A DNA stretch of 64,000 nucleotides from an uncultured Methanosarcinaceae archaeon. Lineage in GTDB: Archaea; Halobacteriota; Methanosarcinia; Methanosarcinales; Methanosarcinaceae. The DNA is taken from NCBI GenBank assembly GCA_963833425.1, contig CAWHXP010000009.1, positions 95,220 through 159,219 of the forward strand, given 5' to 3'. The translations under genes were made by a program, and so were the position numbers. This document shows, piece by piece, positions 1-14,233 of the stretch (the stretch's first letter is position 1; the number at the start of each line of letters is the position of its first letter). The notes below the pieces were generated by a model that was given only the letters and a program-made list of their open reading frames with translations, made no database searches and was not told the origin of the DNA.

Positions 1-1898
1 ATTAATGTGTGAACAACATCTGTAAATAATTGATGCTAGAACCTTGAAACATAGCGTAGATGTCACTTTATTGAATCAAAATTGAATTATTTTTGATAAT
101 AGCAGTAGCAAAAGGGTTTATACATTTAGCTCCACTAAAGGAAATTATGCCAAAATTTTGTGATTTGTGGTCAATTCCAGATATAAATGCCGAATAAAAT
201 TGTTCAGATATAGTGTATTAGTATGGTTACTGAAAAAAATACATCTATTTGTGAGAATCTCAAATTAGCTATTGAATTCTTGATCCAATTTAACTATTTT
301 TTTAAAGTATTCTCCAAATGAAATTTTGTTCTGAACCTTGATTTACAATTCCGTCAGAAGTACTATTCTATATGCGATCAAGTTCAGGAATGAGTGAACT
401 TTACTACTTTTTTACTATTCTGACTTAAAATTTTATTATAACCTTTATGAGACCCCGTATCTTATAGCATTTAGCTCTTTTTATATAATTATTTGAATGA
501 ATTGCCTTTAATATTTTGGTTTCTTCGATACATTCCAACCTGAACCATTCTTTCATTATAGCACGCGAGATTGATTTTTTTCTTCCATTTTTGCATTGAT
601 ACCTCTTCCTTTTTTTCATATTTTATTGGAAAGTGATTTATTATCTCATTACCACCGTCCTTATTGATTACGGCATTTGATGCAAAATGATGACCGATTT
701 TGCTTTAAGATGAAACCATATAATACATTTTGGAAACGAATCATAAACTAGTTGGAAGAGTTCGATTATATCTCAGTATTTTTTAAAACTTGTATATGTT
801 TAATAAGTTAAAGATAATCAGAAGCAAACCCATTAGTATAAATCTATGAAATCAGGATAAGTTCTAAACATTTGAATGCCTTATTCGTTTTACATTCATA
901 ATGTTGATTATAATCAGCATGCGTATAGTATCTTGAAGCTCTAAGGATAGTGGGATCTTTCTTAGCTTTTTTTCTTGTGAAATTTATAGGATTTTTTTCA
1001 TCAAAAAACATCATTTTTCATTGACTCCTCCATCTTCGAGCTTCTTATTCATAAAATGATGAAGGTTTCAACCTTAAGTAAGTTTTATCTAAATCTTTTC
1101 ATAACAAAGATTCCAGAAGAGCTTCTGATTTTGCTAGCGAAGAAAATCGTTTTATCAGACTAAGGTTTTCTGAAACATTTCACAACAATGAATTTTTATC
1201 ATAAAACAAGCACTTTAATTGAAAACTTTTGTTGCACATTGTAGTTTAATAAGGCTGACATAAGTATATCAACTCTTGAGATCATCGATTATAAATTAGC
1301 TAAGTGATGATTCATTACATTTTTTTACAAAACCAATTCCATAAATTATATGAACTTCGCTTTTATAAGCAGGACTTTATTTAAGCATTACTTTCTCACC
1401 TCAGCCTTCACTAATAATTTTCTTAACATAATATAAGTGATTCCTTCAGTTAACTAAAATGCCTGAAATTTGACTATCTAAAGACCGGGAAAGAAAATTT
1501 TTAAATGCCGCGAGTCTCACAATGATCATTAAGGAGATACAAAGATTTGCTTAGCGAAACCGAAAATATTTATTTAACCAAAAAACGTGTTAAAAATGAA
1601 TATAAATTTCGCAAATTTAGATCTAAAATTGTGTAAAATACATTTTCCAAGAGGATTTAAACCGAAGAATCTGATGGAATTTTCAATGGATCTAAAGGCT
1701 TAAAATGTATGAGTGCAGATTGAATTCAGTTTGTGGTAGAAACATCGTCGGAAATATAAAATCAAGATGTTAACAATCAAATAATTATATAATTAATATT
1801 ATTTTATAATATTTATTTTGACAAATATTTTCTCACGAATTTTAAAAAAGCTAAATGTTGCATTATTCAAATAATTATCATATTTTTATGGAGAATAG

Positions 1899-3809
<1,911 letters not shown>

Positions 3810-3810
3810 G

Positions 3811-6576
3811 GTGTCTAAAATGGCAAAATACGAAGACGGAGTTGGCCCAGAATCTGAAGTGAAAAAATCTTATCAGGCTGCCCTTATCCAGAATGAGCAG
3901 ATTGAAGAGTCAGAAAATGAGAAAATGATCTCAAGTCTCTCACAAAAAAATCCTGAAAAGAAATCAAAAGTATCCGTATCCGATACTGCTCCGGAAGACC
4001 CTGAAGAAGACGGTCCAGGAGCTGAAAAGACCGGGATTACTGCTATCCTTATCGACGATGAGATGAAACGCTCCTACATCAACTACGCAATGAGTGTGAT
4101 AGTTGGGAGGGCACTTCCAGATGCCCGTGATGGTTTAAAACCAGTTCATCGCAGAATCCTTTTTGCCATGAAAGAGGCAGGCATTACCCATGACAAGCCC
4201 TACAAGAAATCCGCCCGTGTGGTAGGCGACGTGCTAGGTAAATATCATCCCCATGGAGACACCGCAGTATATGATAGTATCGTGCGGATGGTTCAACCTT
4301 TCTCTCTTCGTTATCCCTTAATCGATGGGCAGGGGAACTTCGGATCTATTGATGGGGATGAGGCTGCAGCCATGCGTTATACCGAAGTTCGCATGGACAA
4401 AATTGCAGAGGAGATGCTGATAGATATTGAGAAAGAAACTGTGCCCTTCAGGCCTAATTATGACGGATCCATGGAAGAGCCAGAAGTGCTCCCTTCAAAA
4501 CTTCCGAACCTCCTAATAAATGGATCAACAGGTATTGCAGTGGGTATGGCAACAAACATGGCCCCTCATAATATAAGAGAGGTAATTGACGGCACTCTCA
4601 TGCTTATTGAAAACTCGGAAATAACAATTATGGAACTCATGACCACAATCAAGGGTCCTGACTTTCCTACTGGTGCCCATATCCTGGGAACAGCAGGCAT
4701 AAAGTCTGCGTACATGACTGGAAGGGGCTCAGTGAAGATTCGAGCAGTCGCTGAAATCCAGGAATTAAAGAAAGACAGAGAGCAGATCATTGTAACAGAG
4801 CTTCCATATCAGGTGAATAAAGCTCGGATGATTGAAAACATTGCTCAGCTCGTCAGGGAAAAGACAATAGTTGGAATTTCAGATCTACGAGACGAGTCAG
4901 ACAGGGATGGAATTAGGGTTGTTATCGAGATTTCCCGGGGCTCTAACTCAAAGGTTATCTTGAATCAGCTCTACAAGCATACTCAGATGGAGACTAGTTT
5001 CGGAATAATCAATCTTGCCCTTGTGGATGGAACTAAGACAAAGGAACTGAATCTGAAGGAACTCCTGAAAATCTATCTGGACTATAGGTTGGAAATCATC
5101 CAGAAGCGGACGCTATATGACCTCAAGAAAAGTGAAGAGAGGGCGCATATCCTGATAGGGCTGGAAATTGCCCTGGACAACATCGACGCAGTAGTTGCCA
5201 TGATCAAAGGTTCAGCAAACACAGATCTAGCAAAGCAGAGCCTAATGGATAACTTTACCCTTGACGAAATCCAGTCTAAAGCTATATTGGAAATGCGCCT
5301 ACAACGCCTTACTGGACTTGAGACACGTAAAATTATTGAAGAGTTGGAAAGTCTCAAGAAACTGGTCATTGAATTCATGAAGGTCCTTGAAAGCGACGAA
5401 ATCAAGTATGAAATAATTAAAAACGAGCTTATAGAACTTAAGGAGAAATACGGAGATGTACGCAGGACAAAAATTGTGCCTGCTGCTGCTGAGGTTACGG
5501 ATGAAGACATGATACATGAAGAAAATGTAGTAGTCACGATTACGAACGAGGGCTACATAAAACGTATTCCTCTTGATACCTACTCGATGCAAAGACGTGG
5601 AGGTAGGGGTATAATCGGCATGGAGATGAAGGAAGAAGACTTCGTGGAGAACCTCTTTATCTCCTCAACCCATAACTATATCCTTTTCTTCACTAATTTT
5701 GGCAAGCTCTATTGGCAGAAAGTATATGAAATCCCTGTAGGTTCTCGCCAGTCCAGAGGTAAAGCCATAGTGAACCTCCTGGAATTGCAGGAAGGAGAAA
5801 TGGTCAATGCCATGATCCCAGTAGAAGAGTTCGCTGAGGATAGATACCTTCTTATGGCGACAAGAGCGGGTACGATAAAGAAGACCCCTCTCTCTGAGTT
5901 CAGGAACCCAAGGAAAGCTGGTATAATTGCAGTTACTCTGGACGAGGGCGACGAGCTCGTAAAAGTTCTTCTGACTGACGGGAATAATGAAGTGGTAATA
6001 GTATCAAAGAAAGGTAAAGCCGTCCGCTTCTTCGAAGAACACGTCCGACCTATGGGCAGATCTGCGAGAGGTGTTCGTGGCATGACCCTTGATGGTCGGG
6101 ATGATGAAGTTGTCAGTATGGATCTTGTTGACGAAACGACAACTCTCCTGACGGTAACTGAAAATGGTTTTGGTAAACGTACAGAATACTCTCAATATCC
6201 AGCTTACCGTCGTGGTGGAAAAGGCGTGATTACAATAGTCACTAACAAAAGGAATGGCTCAGTCTCAAAAGTTAAATCTGTAGCTGAATACGACGAACTC
6301 ATTTTCACAAGCGCTGAAGGAATCATAATCCGAATCCCTGCTAAAGATATCTCAGTTCAGGGCAGAAACACCCAGGGAGTAAGAATTATGAATCTCAAAC
6401 CCGGTGATAAAGTCGTAGGCGTGGCTAGAATAAAAAATGGAGAAGCTGAAAAGCAGATGAAGCTAACTGAACTTAAAGCTAGCGAAGCAGAAAGGGAAAT
6501 AGAGGCATCAGAGGACGAAAGCGATACAGGAATACTTGGATACGTAGAAGAAATTGAAGATCTCGAAGAACCATAG
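3811..6576 (+). CDS. gyrA: DNA gyrase subunit A (start GTG 3811 or ATG 3820; amber stop)
   Basis: [22 protein letters not shown], active-site AAMRYTE, GyrA box QRRGGRG, C-terminal pinwheel repeats, acidic tail. Confidence 0.98.
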   Translation: MSKMAKYEDGVGPESEVKKSYQAALIQNEQIEESENEKMISSLSQKNPEKKSKVSVSDTAPEDPEEDGPGAEKTGITAILIDDEMKRSYINYAMSVIVGRALPDARDGLKPVHRRILFAMKEAGITHDKPYKKSARVVGDVLGKYHPHGDTAVYDSIVRMVQPFSLRYPLIDGQGNFGSIDGDEAAAMRYTEVRMDKIAEEMLIDIEKETVPFRPNYDGSMEEPEVLPSKLPNLLINGSTGIAVGMATNMAPHNIREVIDGTLMLIENSEITIMELMTTIKGPDFPTGAHILGTAGIKSAYMTGRGSVKIRAVAEIQELKKDREQIIVTELPYQVNKARMIENIAQLVREKTIVGISDLRDESDRDGIRVVIEISRGSNSKVILNQLYKHTQMETSFGIINLALVDGTKTKELNLKELLKIYLDYRLEIIQKRTLYDLKKSEERAHILIGLEIALDNIDAVVAMIKGSANTDLAKQSLMDNFTLDEIQSKAILEMRLQRLTGLETRKIIEELESLKKLVIEFMKVLESDEIKYEIIKNELIELKEKYGDVRRTKIVPAAAEVTDEDMIHEENVVVTITNEGYIKRIPLDTYSMQRRGGRGIIGMEMKEEDFVENLFISSTHNYILFFTNFGKLYWQKVYEIPVGSRQSRGKAIVNLLELQEGEMVNAMIPVEEFAEDRYLLMATRAGTIKKTPLSEFRNPRKAGIIAVTLDEGDELVKVLLTDGNNEVVIVSKKGKAVRFFEEHVRPMGRSARGVRGMTLDGRDDEVVSMDLVDETTTLLTVTENGFGKRTEYSQYPAYRRGGKGVITIVTNKRNGSVSKVKSVAEYDELIFTSAEGIIIRIPAKDISVQGRNTQGVRIMNLKPGDKVVGVARIKNGEAEKQMKLTELKASEAEREIEASEDESDTGILGYVEEIEDLEEP

Positions 6577-6674
6577 GAAGAGGAAAGAGAAGAAGGTGAT
6601 GTGGAAGAAAGGAGTGCAGAAAAAAATTAATAAGACTGAATACAGAATAGAGTAAATAAAATAATTGTTCGCTC

Positions 6675-6723
6675 AAAATGCTGCCGGAATAGATATTTTT
6701 TTGTATCAATTTCCGGCATTTTT
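6675..6723 (+). terminator. Hairpin downstream of gyrA
   Basis: Inverted repeat TGCCGGAA...TTCCGGCA followed by a T run. Confidence 0.45.
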
Positions 6724-7439
6724 CTACCTTTCCGGAAGGGAGGCGGAAGGTATACTCATTTATGGGTATATTTTTATAGTAGGAGTAAGCTATTGATCAA
6801 ATCTGGCAGTGCGCCGATTTTTCTGAAAAATCACAAAGTTCAAGAAATTGCGTTTAGGGAACCACGCCTATTAAAGACCGAATCACATACAGTTTCCAAA
6901 AATTTGACTTTCAATTTACAGCTAATCTGCGAAACTGTTTCAACATTTTGCCACCGTTCTTCCCGTTTGAGCAATTCCTCGGATTGTGATTTTCAGTAAC
7001 CTCCCCCACACTTATTTTTTTTTGCTCGAATATACTCATTTTTGTTCGAGATACATATGTTCAAATCTCAACGATCAATGAGTATAAAGATATATAGTCC
7101 TATTATATATAAAGCAAATAGAATATAGTGTACTTAATAGAAATCGCTTGACATAATTGTTAAAAGATATATATCAAACAGAATATATGTTTATAAGAAT
7201 GTTTTCAAAATTGTTAAGTGGCTAAAAATAATAAAATTTTAATTACATTGAAATAATTTTTTTGTTAATAGTGATGATCTTCCTCAGATTTCCGACAAAT
7301 TTGCTCATTTTTTGTTTATTGATATACATATATCAAAATATGAAATCTTGATTTCAATTTTTTTTGTGCTTGTTACAATATTCTCGTGATAATTAAGGAA
7401 ATTTTTCTGGTATTTATGATAAACTCTAAATTGGGAATT

Positions 7440-8216
7440 GATGAATTGCTGCTTGAACTTGGGCCACATAAGTTAGATAATTCTATTTTAGTAAAGAAAA
7501 TGCTTATCAATCAGTTTCCGTTTCATTGATATCCTACATTATGTTTATTCTGAGTACTTTGAATCCCTTTTAATTGAAAAATTACTTGGTACTGGAATCA
7601 ATGCTTCTGATCTTACGGATGATTTTTTAGAATGAAAGCTTGCTAGATTAATGAAGCAGACTTTACTCAACTTCCATGAAATTTGCCTTGAAAATGTGGT
7701 AATTGTCAACATCAAGGCTCGAAGATTTCAATATTACATTATAAATTCAAATATTTTTAGAGATTGTATTAAATATCTATGGCATTTTCTTCATTAAAAT
7801 CACCATTGTTCATGCAAAAAACAGTGGAAATTACTTTCGGTGTTTTAAACTTGGAACAATATAAATAAATATGTAATAACCTATTCTCAAAGATGTATTC
7901 CAATGAATATCATACCAAAAAAATAAAGATAAATACCCTGAAAAAACTTAAGGAAAATATAACATTCTCTGATATAATGTTTACTATATGACTGATAGTG
8001 CCAATGTCCTCAAAGAACATCTAATCAATGAGAAAGGCATGTAAAGTATCACTCGTGTTTCTTAAATATTCAATCCTTTAATGGATTTGCTGGCATCAGA
8101 TATTGAGTTCAAACAGGAAAAGGATAAAAGATGTTCTTTAGACATAACTATTGCTGAATATGGTTGTATCGAACAGAAATGGTAGTCGTTCACTCCACTT
8201 AGATGGAGAAAAAAAA
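7440..8216 (+). pseudogene. Decayed IS1634-like transposase remnant, boundaries approximate
   Basis: Fragment MDLLASDIEFKQEKDKRCSLDITIAEYGCIEQKW* (from 8081) resembles IS1634-family YGGIEQKW region; many stops. Confidence 0.5.
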
Positions 8217-9212
8217 TAGTCTATAGAAATCCTTAATTTGATGCAAATCATATCTATAACTTTTTTGTTTATGTTATATATTATTAATTTAATTTTAATC
8301 TCCTTTACTTGATAATTGAATTTCCTCGCCCTTAGTGTTTCTCCTAATTTTCTTTTAACTACAGAAAATATTGGCCCCACAATATTTCTTTGATTATATT
8401 CAATTCTGTCAAAGACCAGGGTCAATTGTTTACGATGTTTTCCTTTTATTTCCTTCCTTTTTCTCTCTTACAGGTATATTGAATCTGCTTTGATTTCTTC
8501 TCTAATTATAGAATGTATTTTTTGAATCGTATCCTTTATCAATTACATAACAATCAGACTTTCTCATCTTATTTGAGTGTCTTATCAGAGCATTTGAATG
8601 TTAAATTTCATGGTCTGTTTTTTGACTAATTTTCCATCCAATATTATCTTTTTACTTGTGTCTACTGATATTGAAGATCTCAGGAAGCTTCTTCGAAGCT
8701 TCCCTATTCTTCTGGAATAATAATAACTCACATACAAACTCGCAAATCCCGTTGCATCGGTCGCTGCGACAGAGAAATTTTTCCCATATGAGTAAAACAG
8801 CTTTAGAATCCTTGACAGAAAAAAGTTAAACAAAGAGGAGGAAAGCCTGTTTATAAACTTTTGAAGGGTGGTGAAATGTGGAATCTTATCAAAAGCAAAT
8901 TTTTCTTCTATATCGTTCATAAGGTCAATGAGTTCTACAAAATCTCGATAATCTGTACTAATATACTCTTTCAATAAAACCAATTCAAGAAGCTGATGCT
9001 GGGTATAAATGTGTTTTGAATACTTGCAGGAATAAAGCTTCAGTCTCAAAGACTGAACAGTTTCAAGGCTGGTATCAACAAATTTAATGTACTTATTAAA
9101 CTTCAATATTGAATGTTCCTTCGTTTTTAACAGAAAAATAAGAAGAGTATTCTAACGGAACAATTATAATAATGTAGTGTAAAAGTTCAATTTAGAGCAT
9201 TTCTACATAGCC
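8217..9212 (-). mobile_element. IS5/IS4-superfamily DDE element, transposase frameshifted
   Basis: ORF pieces 8585-9106 (KYSKHIYTQHQL, IPHFTTLQKF, TDATGF) and 8138-8425 (YNQRNIV..FSVVKRKLGE); degenerate TIRs around TAGAAAT(C/G)C at both ends. Confidence 0.8.
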
Positions 9213-9655
9213 ACAAAAAGCTAGAATATTTCTCTATTGAATTTCATTAAGTAATTCAAAAGTAATTAATGGGATATGGTATGATGTCTAATCAGTATGT
9301 TACTGTTTAATAATACCCTGACTGATTACTGATTTTATTTGATATGCTGCAATCTCAAAAATCTACTTTAACATATCAAAAATGTAATGCATTATAGATT
9401 GGTTTCGAAAAAATAGCTTCCTTGTAAAGGATAATTGGACCAGGTTTGTATCTCAAAATTATTTTTTATTTCAGATATTATTTCTATGTTTGAGCCTTAT
9501 ACGCCAATAAGTTGTTCAGAAAAAAAATCTTTTTGTCGATAAGATATTTTTCAGGCCATATTATAAGCATAAAATTTTTTGTGAATATGAATAATTTATG
9601 TGAGAACATACTCAACTCGTTTACATTAGTGATTAAGTTAACAAAACATATATAG

Positions 9656-9682
9656 TAATACTTACAATGGATTAAAGTATTA
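9656..9682. promoter_or_regulatory. Operator-like palindrome upstream of nikR
   Basis: Perfect 8-bp inverted repeat TAATACTT-N11-AAGTATTA ending 36 nt before the nikR ATG. Confidence 0.5.
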
Positions 9683-9718
9683 ATCCTATAGATAAATCTT
9701 AGATCTCTTGGTGGTACG

Positions 9719-10141
9719 ATGGAAACAGAACTTATGAGGATAGGGGTTTCCCTTCCTGATACTCTTCTAAGTAAATTTGATGAAATTATCGGAAAAAGAG
9801 GGTATTCTTCCCGCTCAGAAGGCATAAGAGACGCCATCAGGAGTTATATTTCCTATTATGAGTGGATGGGGGACATTAAAGGACATCGTATCGGAACCGT
9901 TGCGGTTATTTACGACCATACAAAAAGAGGCCTTTCAAATGCCCTTGCAGATATCCAACACCATTACTCTAACCTGATAAAGTCCTCAGTGCATATTCAT
10001 CTCGATCATGACAACTGTTTTGAAGTAATCGTTCTGGAGGGGGACGGCGAAGAAATCAAAGAGCTTTCAGAAGCTATAATGGCCCTCAAGGGAGTGAAAT
10101 TCTCAAAACTCACAACTGTACCATCAGATGAAAAAATTTAA
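9719..10141 (+). CDS. nikR: Nickel-responsive transcriptional regulator
   Basis: RHH N-terminus (RIGVSLP...[11 protein letters not shown]), Ni ligands QHH and HIHLDHDNC. Confidence 0.96.
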   Translation: METELMRIGVSLPDTLLSKFDEIIGKRGYSSRSEGIRDAIRSYISYYEWMGDIKGHRIGTVAVIYDHTKRGLSNALADIQHHYSNLIKSSVHIHLDHDNCFEVIVLEGDGEEIKELSEAIMALKGVKFSKLTTVPSDEKI

Positions 10142-11096
10142 TATCCAATATAATTGGGCGAATAGACGATTCATATATGCTTGGATGCCTTGTGGGGGCG
10201 CTAAAATTAACATTAATTCTACGAACAATTAATTGTAATAGATAAATAAATCAAGAATGTAAAAAAAAGTTTCATAATTTAGAGTATTGAAAATTTAAGC
10301 ATATGATATAGGACAAAATTATTTCGTTTTCTCCGATTTAAGACCTAAAAGAATACTTTTTAACATATTAAAGGGGCAATCTTCAGAATTCAGTGAGATC
10401 GTAGCTCTGGGAGTTTGTCCGATTCCAAGTTCACAATATTTTTTGAAATTTAAGATAGTAGGGAGCACATATGCTTGATTCAAAACCTCCACAAGAAAGA
10501 TATATCTCGGCTCTGAATTTTATAATTTTGAGAATTGAGCGTATATCCAAATTATTGAACAAGGACCATGAACATTATTAATTTTTTTAAACTAAAGATA
10601 TAATAAGTCACTCTTTCCACCATCGTTGAGTTTTTTTGGATTTTTTGATTCCAAATTCGTTTTTTTAGCTTTAGAGAATCATGAGGTTTAAATGAAGTCA
10701 TATCGCGTATGGGATGAATCCCAATTTCAGTCGGTCACCCCATTGCAACCAAAAGGATACAATAGCTCCACAGCCTAGATGTAAAGGAGTTATTCAAAAT
10801 TAAATATTTTCATTTGCTTACACGCTTCTTTGTTCTGTTTTCCATGATTTTCGATATAGTTTTTAATGACTTGGAAGTTATACCATCAACAAGATTTCCA
10901 ATGAAATTAAAAATATGTTGAAAATCAGGAAGACAGAATGAAAAAGAAATATCCAACAGTTCGTAGATGTACACGCAAGTAGAAATTTTTTCCTTTTTGC
11001 CCATAATTATTCATTGAAAATCAGATTAATTTTCAATTTACCGTCATATTGAGAAAATGGATTGCATTCTTGTGTACATCTGCAGAAAGTGGGCTC

Positions 11097-11426
11097 TTAT
11101 TTGGGAGCTACCATTTTGATATGTTCTTTAGGGCCAGTTATTGCTCTTTCATTGGATATTACTATACATTCTTTTGGGCAACCGCTGACGCATTCAGTGC
11201 ACATAATACATCTGAACACATTAAGTTCCCACGTTTTTTCGTCTTTAGTAACTTTTATCGCATCAGGAGGACATTTTTTTTGACATATCCCACAATAAAT
11301 ACAGTTTTCAGGATTGAAAATAATTCTTCCCTTAAAACTTTCATAAGGCGCCCTTATATCGAAAGGGTAAAGCCTGGTAGGAGGTTTACGAGAAACATTT
11401 GACAGAATAAGGTTTAACATACCCAT
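11097..11426 (-). CDS. echF: Ech hydrogenase subunit F (2x[4Fe-4S])
   Basis: Two CxxCxxCxxxCP motifs; start MGMLNL after GGAAGGTG RBS; last gene of ech operon. Confidence 0.93.
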   Translation of the reverse strand: MGMLNLILSNVSRKPPTRLYPFDIRAPYESFKGRIIFNPENCIYCGICQKKCPPDAIKVTKDEKTWELNVFRCIMCTECVSGCPKECIVISNERAITGPKEHIKMVAPK

Positions 11427-11439
11427 TATATCACCTTCC

Positions 11440-12522
11440 TTATCTTTCAGTGCAACTAATACATGGGTCGACAGTAAGTACAACTACAGGAACATCAGCG
11501 AGTTTGATGCCTGGCAGCATCTGTAACAGTGCAGGTATATTTGCAAAGGTAGGTGTCCTTATTTTAAGTCTTTCCAAATTTTTAGTACCATTACCTTTGA
11601 GGTAATATACAACTTCACCTCTAGGCTGCTCTGATCTTGAAATAGCTTCAGCTCCTGCAGTAGGAGAACCCTTTACAGGTGTTGAAATTTCACCTTCAGG
11701 TAATTTGGAGATCGCATTCCTTATCAACTTAAAGCATTCGTATAACTCATAAATTCTTACTTTTGTTCTGGCATAGCAATCTCCATCATTTTCAACAACT
11801 GCTTTGAAATTGAGATCATTATAAATACTCCAGCTAGGTGATTCTCTTATGTCACTGTGAACCCCACTTCCTCTCAGTGTAGGACCAACAGCTCCAACAT
11901 CATATGCAAGTTGTTTTGATAATACACCTAATCCCATCAGCCTTTTCTTTACGGTGTAATTATCCACGAAAACTTTTTCTAAATTTTTGACTTGTGGTTC
12001 CAAGTCATCAATTGCTTTTAGAATTATATTAATATGTTCTTTAGACAAATCTTTGGTAGTTCCTCCGACTTTACACATTGAAGTTATCACCCTATTTCCA
12101 GTGGTCATCTCCATTATATCCATTACTGCTTCTCGATACTTCCAGCATTCCATGAAGAGACTTTCAAATCCGAAACCATCTGCGAATAGACCAAGCCAAA
12201 GGAGGTGACTCTGAACTCTTGCTAGTTCACTCCATATCACTCTTAAATATTCTGCTCTTTCAGGGATTTCGACATTCATTAGTTGTTCGACCCCCCGTGC
12301 ATAAGTTATAGAATGGATGGCGCTACAGATTCCACATATTCTTTCACAAATATAGAGCGTTTGATTATAGTCCTTTGTATCGACAAATTTCTCAAGCCCT
12401 CTGTGCACATAGCCTAGTGAGGGAAGTGCTCCAACAACAACATCATTGTCCAGTTCAAGTTTTAACTGTACTGGTTCGGGTAAAACTGGATGTTGAGGAC
12501 CAAAAGGTATTACAGTTGTCAT
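11440..12522 (-). CDS. echE: Ech hydrogenase large [NiFe] subunit
   Basis: GPQHP, ERICGIC and terminal DPCISCTER with no C-terminal extension. Confidence 0.96.
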   Translation of the reverse strand: MTTVIPFGPQHPVLPEPVQLKLELDNDVVVGALPSLGYVHRGLEKFVDTKDYNQTLYICERICGICSAIHSITYARGVEQLMNVEIPERAEYLRVIWSELARVQSHLLWLGLFADGFGFESLFMECWKYREAVMDIMEMTTGNRVITSMCKVGGTTKDLSKEHINIILKAIDDLEPQVKNLEKVFVDNYTVKKRLMGLGVLSKQLAYDVGAVGPTLRGSGVHSDIRESPSWSIYNDLNFKAVVENDGDCYARTKVRIYELYECFKLIRNAISKLPEGEISTPVKGSPTAGAEAISRSEQPRGEVVYYLKGNGTKNLERLKIRTPTFANIPALLQMLPGIKLADVPVVVLTVDPCISCTER

Positions 12523-12545
12523 AATGATTCTCCTCTAAAATTGCT

Positions 12546-12887
12546 TTAAGCTAATGGAGTTTTTGGACTGTTTGGTGTCAAATACAGGTGACCTTTAAAG
12601 TCTATTGCAAGGCCTTCAAAAGTTAATCCAAACAGATCCTGGTATTCATTCTCGATCAAAAGTGCGCATAAATAAATACCTGACATACTCTTTGGTTTCT
12701 CGGACGGCTTCACAAAATACCTTAGAGTTTTTAGATCATACCCTTTGTCAAAAACGTATATCAATTCGTGACCATCGTTAGCTTTCAAGCATATCATTGT
12801 CGCATATCGATAACCATCATTTTTTAATTCCTGAACAGTTTTTAGCAGTTCTGAGCTGCTTTTTATTTCTACGTTATTCTCAAGCAT
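12546..12887 (-). CDS. echD: Ech hydrogenase subunit D
   Basis: NuoC-like ENEYQDLFGLTFEG; operon position. Confidence 0.92.
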   Translation of the reverse strand: MLENNVEIKSSSELLKTVQELKNDGYRYATMICLKANDGHELIYVFDKGYDLKTLRYFVKPSEKPKSMSGIYLCALLIENEYQDLFGLTFEGLAIDFKGHLYLTPNSPKTPLA

Positions 12888-13350
12888 TTGATGGCACCTC
12901 GTTTCCTTTGAGTTTTACATCTTTTCCTTTGATTTTTCCTTGGCTCTTGCTTTCAAGTACTGAAAGTGCTGCAACTACTCCATCGAGTATAGCTTCAGGT
13001 CTTGGGCAACATCCTGGAACATATGCATCTACCGGTATTACCTGATCCACTCCACCTATTACATTATAGCAGTCATGGAAAATTCCGCCGGTAGATGCAC
13101 AAGCACCGACGGCCAAAACAACTTTGGGATCAGGAATTTGGTTATAGATGTTCTTAAGCACATTCACATTTTTGTAATTTATCGAACCCGTAACCACCAT
13201 TATATCAGCTTGCTTGGGAGTACCAATGTTTAAAACACCAAATCTTTCAGCATCATATAGAGGAGTAAGACAAGCCAATACTTCAATATCACAGCCATTA
13301 CAACTGTTGCAATTCACGTGTATGATCCATGGGGACTTTGCCAATGCCAT
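12880..13350 (-). CDS. echC: Ech hydrogenase small subunit C
   Basis: SCNGCDIE, GACASTGG, VPGCCPRPE. Confidence 0.95.
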   Translation of the reverse strand: MALAKSPWIIHVNCNSCNGCDIEVLACLTPLYDAERFGVLNIGTPKQADIMVVTGSINYKNVNVLKNIYNQIPDPKVVLAVGACASTGGIFHDCYNVIGGVDQVIPVDAYVPGCCPRPEAILDGVVAALSVLESKSQGKIKGKDVKLKGNEVPSNA

Positions 13351-13363
13351 AAATATCCCTCTT

Positions 13364-14233
13364 TCAAATTAACTTAATCTTAGCAACGTACAGGTATAGT
13401 ACATTTACTACTGAAATTATCAATAAAATTGTCCAACTTACTTTGAGCATCCATTGCCAGTATACTCTTGCAGTGATATTGTCCATTATAATTACAAACA
13501 AGAAAGCAATCAACGCTATAAGCAAACCAATTATTATGTTCACTTTCCAGAATAGGAACATAAGTCCCAATAAAAATACGTATTCATAGAAATGTCCGAT
13601 CTCAATTCCAGCTAATCCTGGTCCTGAATATTCTGTAAGCATACCTTTAACCAATTCCTGATGAGCATGGTGAGAGGTTGAATAATCAAAGGGTGATTTT
13701 TTAAATTTAATATTCATAACAAACATCATTGATATGAATATAAGCGGTATGTAAATCAGGAGAGGATTCGATGCATTGTTAAGCGCAGATAATTTAAAGG
13801 TACCAGTAAGCAAGTATATTGCAAGAGCATACAATATCAAAATTGGCTCATATGACAATATAGCCATAATTTCTCTTGAACTTCCGATCCTGGCATATGG
13901 AGAACCAGTACTCATTCCCCCTACTATGAGAGCTACCGAAGATACTGTATAAACAAATACTATCATCAAAATATCTGCATCAAAGACTAACATCAAAAGA
14001 CTCAAAATTACAAACACTACGTACATGACTACGTAGAGATTTTGAGATTCGTTCACAACCATATTATCTTTTTGGAAAAGTTTCATTACATCATAATAGG
14101 GTTGGAGAAGGGGTGGGCCAACTCTACCTTGCAATCTCGCTGTAAGCTTCCTGTCAATACCTGCAAGTAAACAGCCAAGGATTGGAGCACCAATCAAAAC
14201 AAGAACAATTTTTGCAATATCTAAACTGTTCAT
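13364..14233 (-). CDS. echB: Ech hydrogenase membrane subunit B (NuoH-like)
   Basis: RKLTARLQGRVGPP, PFD, EYSG; multi-TM. Confidence 0.94.
   Translation of the reverse strand: MNSLDIAKIVLVLIGAPILGCLLAGIDRKLTARLQGRVGPPLLQPYYDVMKLFQKDNMVVNESQNLYVVMYVVFVILSLLMLVFDADILMIVFVYTVSSVALIVGGMSTGSPYARIGSSREIMAILSYEPILILYALAIYLLTGTFKLSALNNASNPLLIYIPLIFISMMFVMNIKFKKSPFDYSTSHHAHQELVKGMLTEYSGPGLAGIEIGHFYEYVFLLGLMFLFWKVNIIIGLLIALIAFLFVIIMDNITARVYWQWMLKVSWTILLIISVVNVLYLYVAKIKLI

Noticed and set aside
1..1250. Short minus-strand ORFs including 425-619
   Set aside because: Stop-ridden AT-rich sequence with no recognisable motif; possibly decayed genes but unassignable
10370..11004. 64-aa ORF downstream of echF and a possible IS remnant beside it
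   Set aside because: No RBS or motif; no transposase signature I could identify
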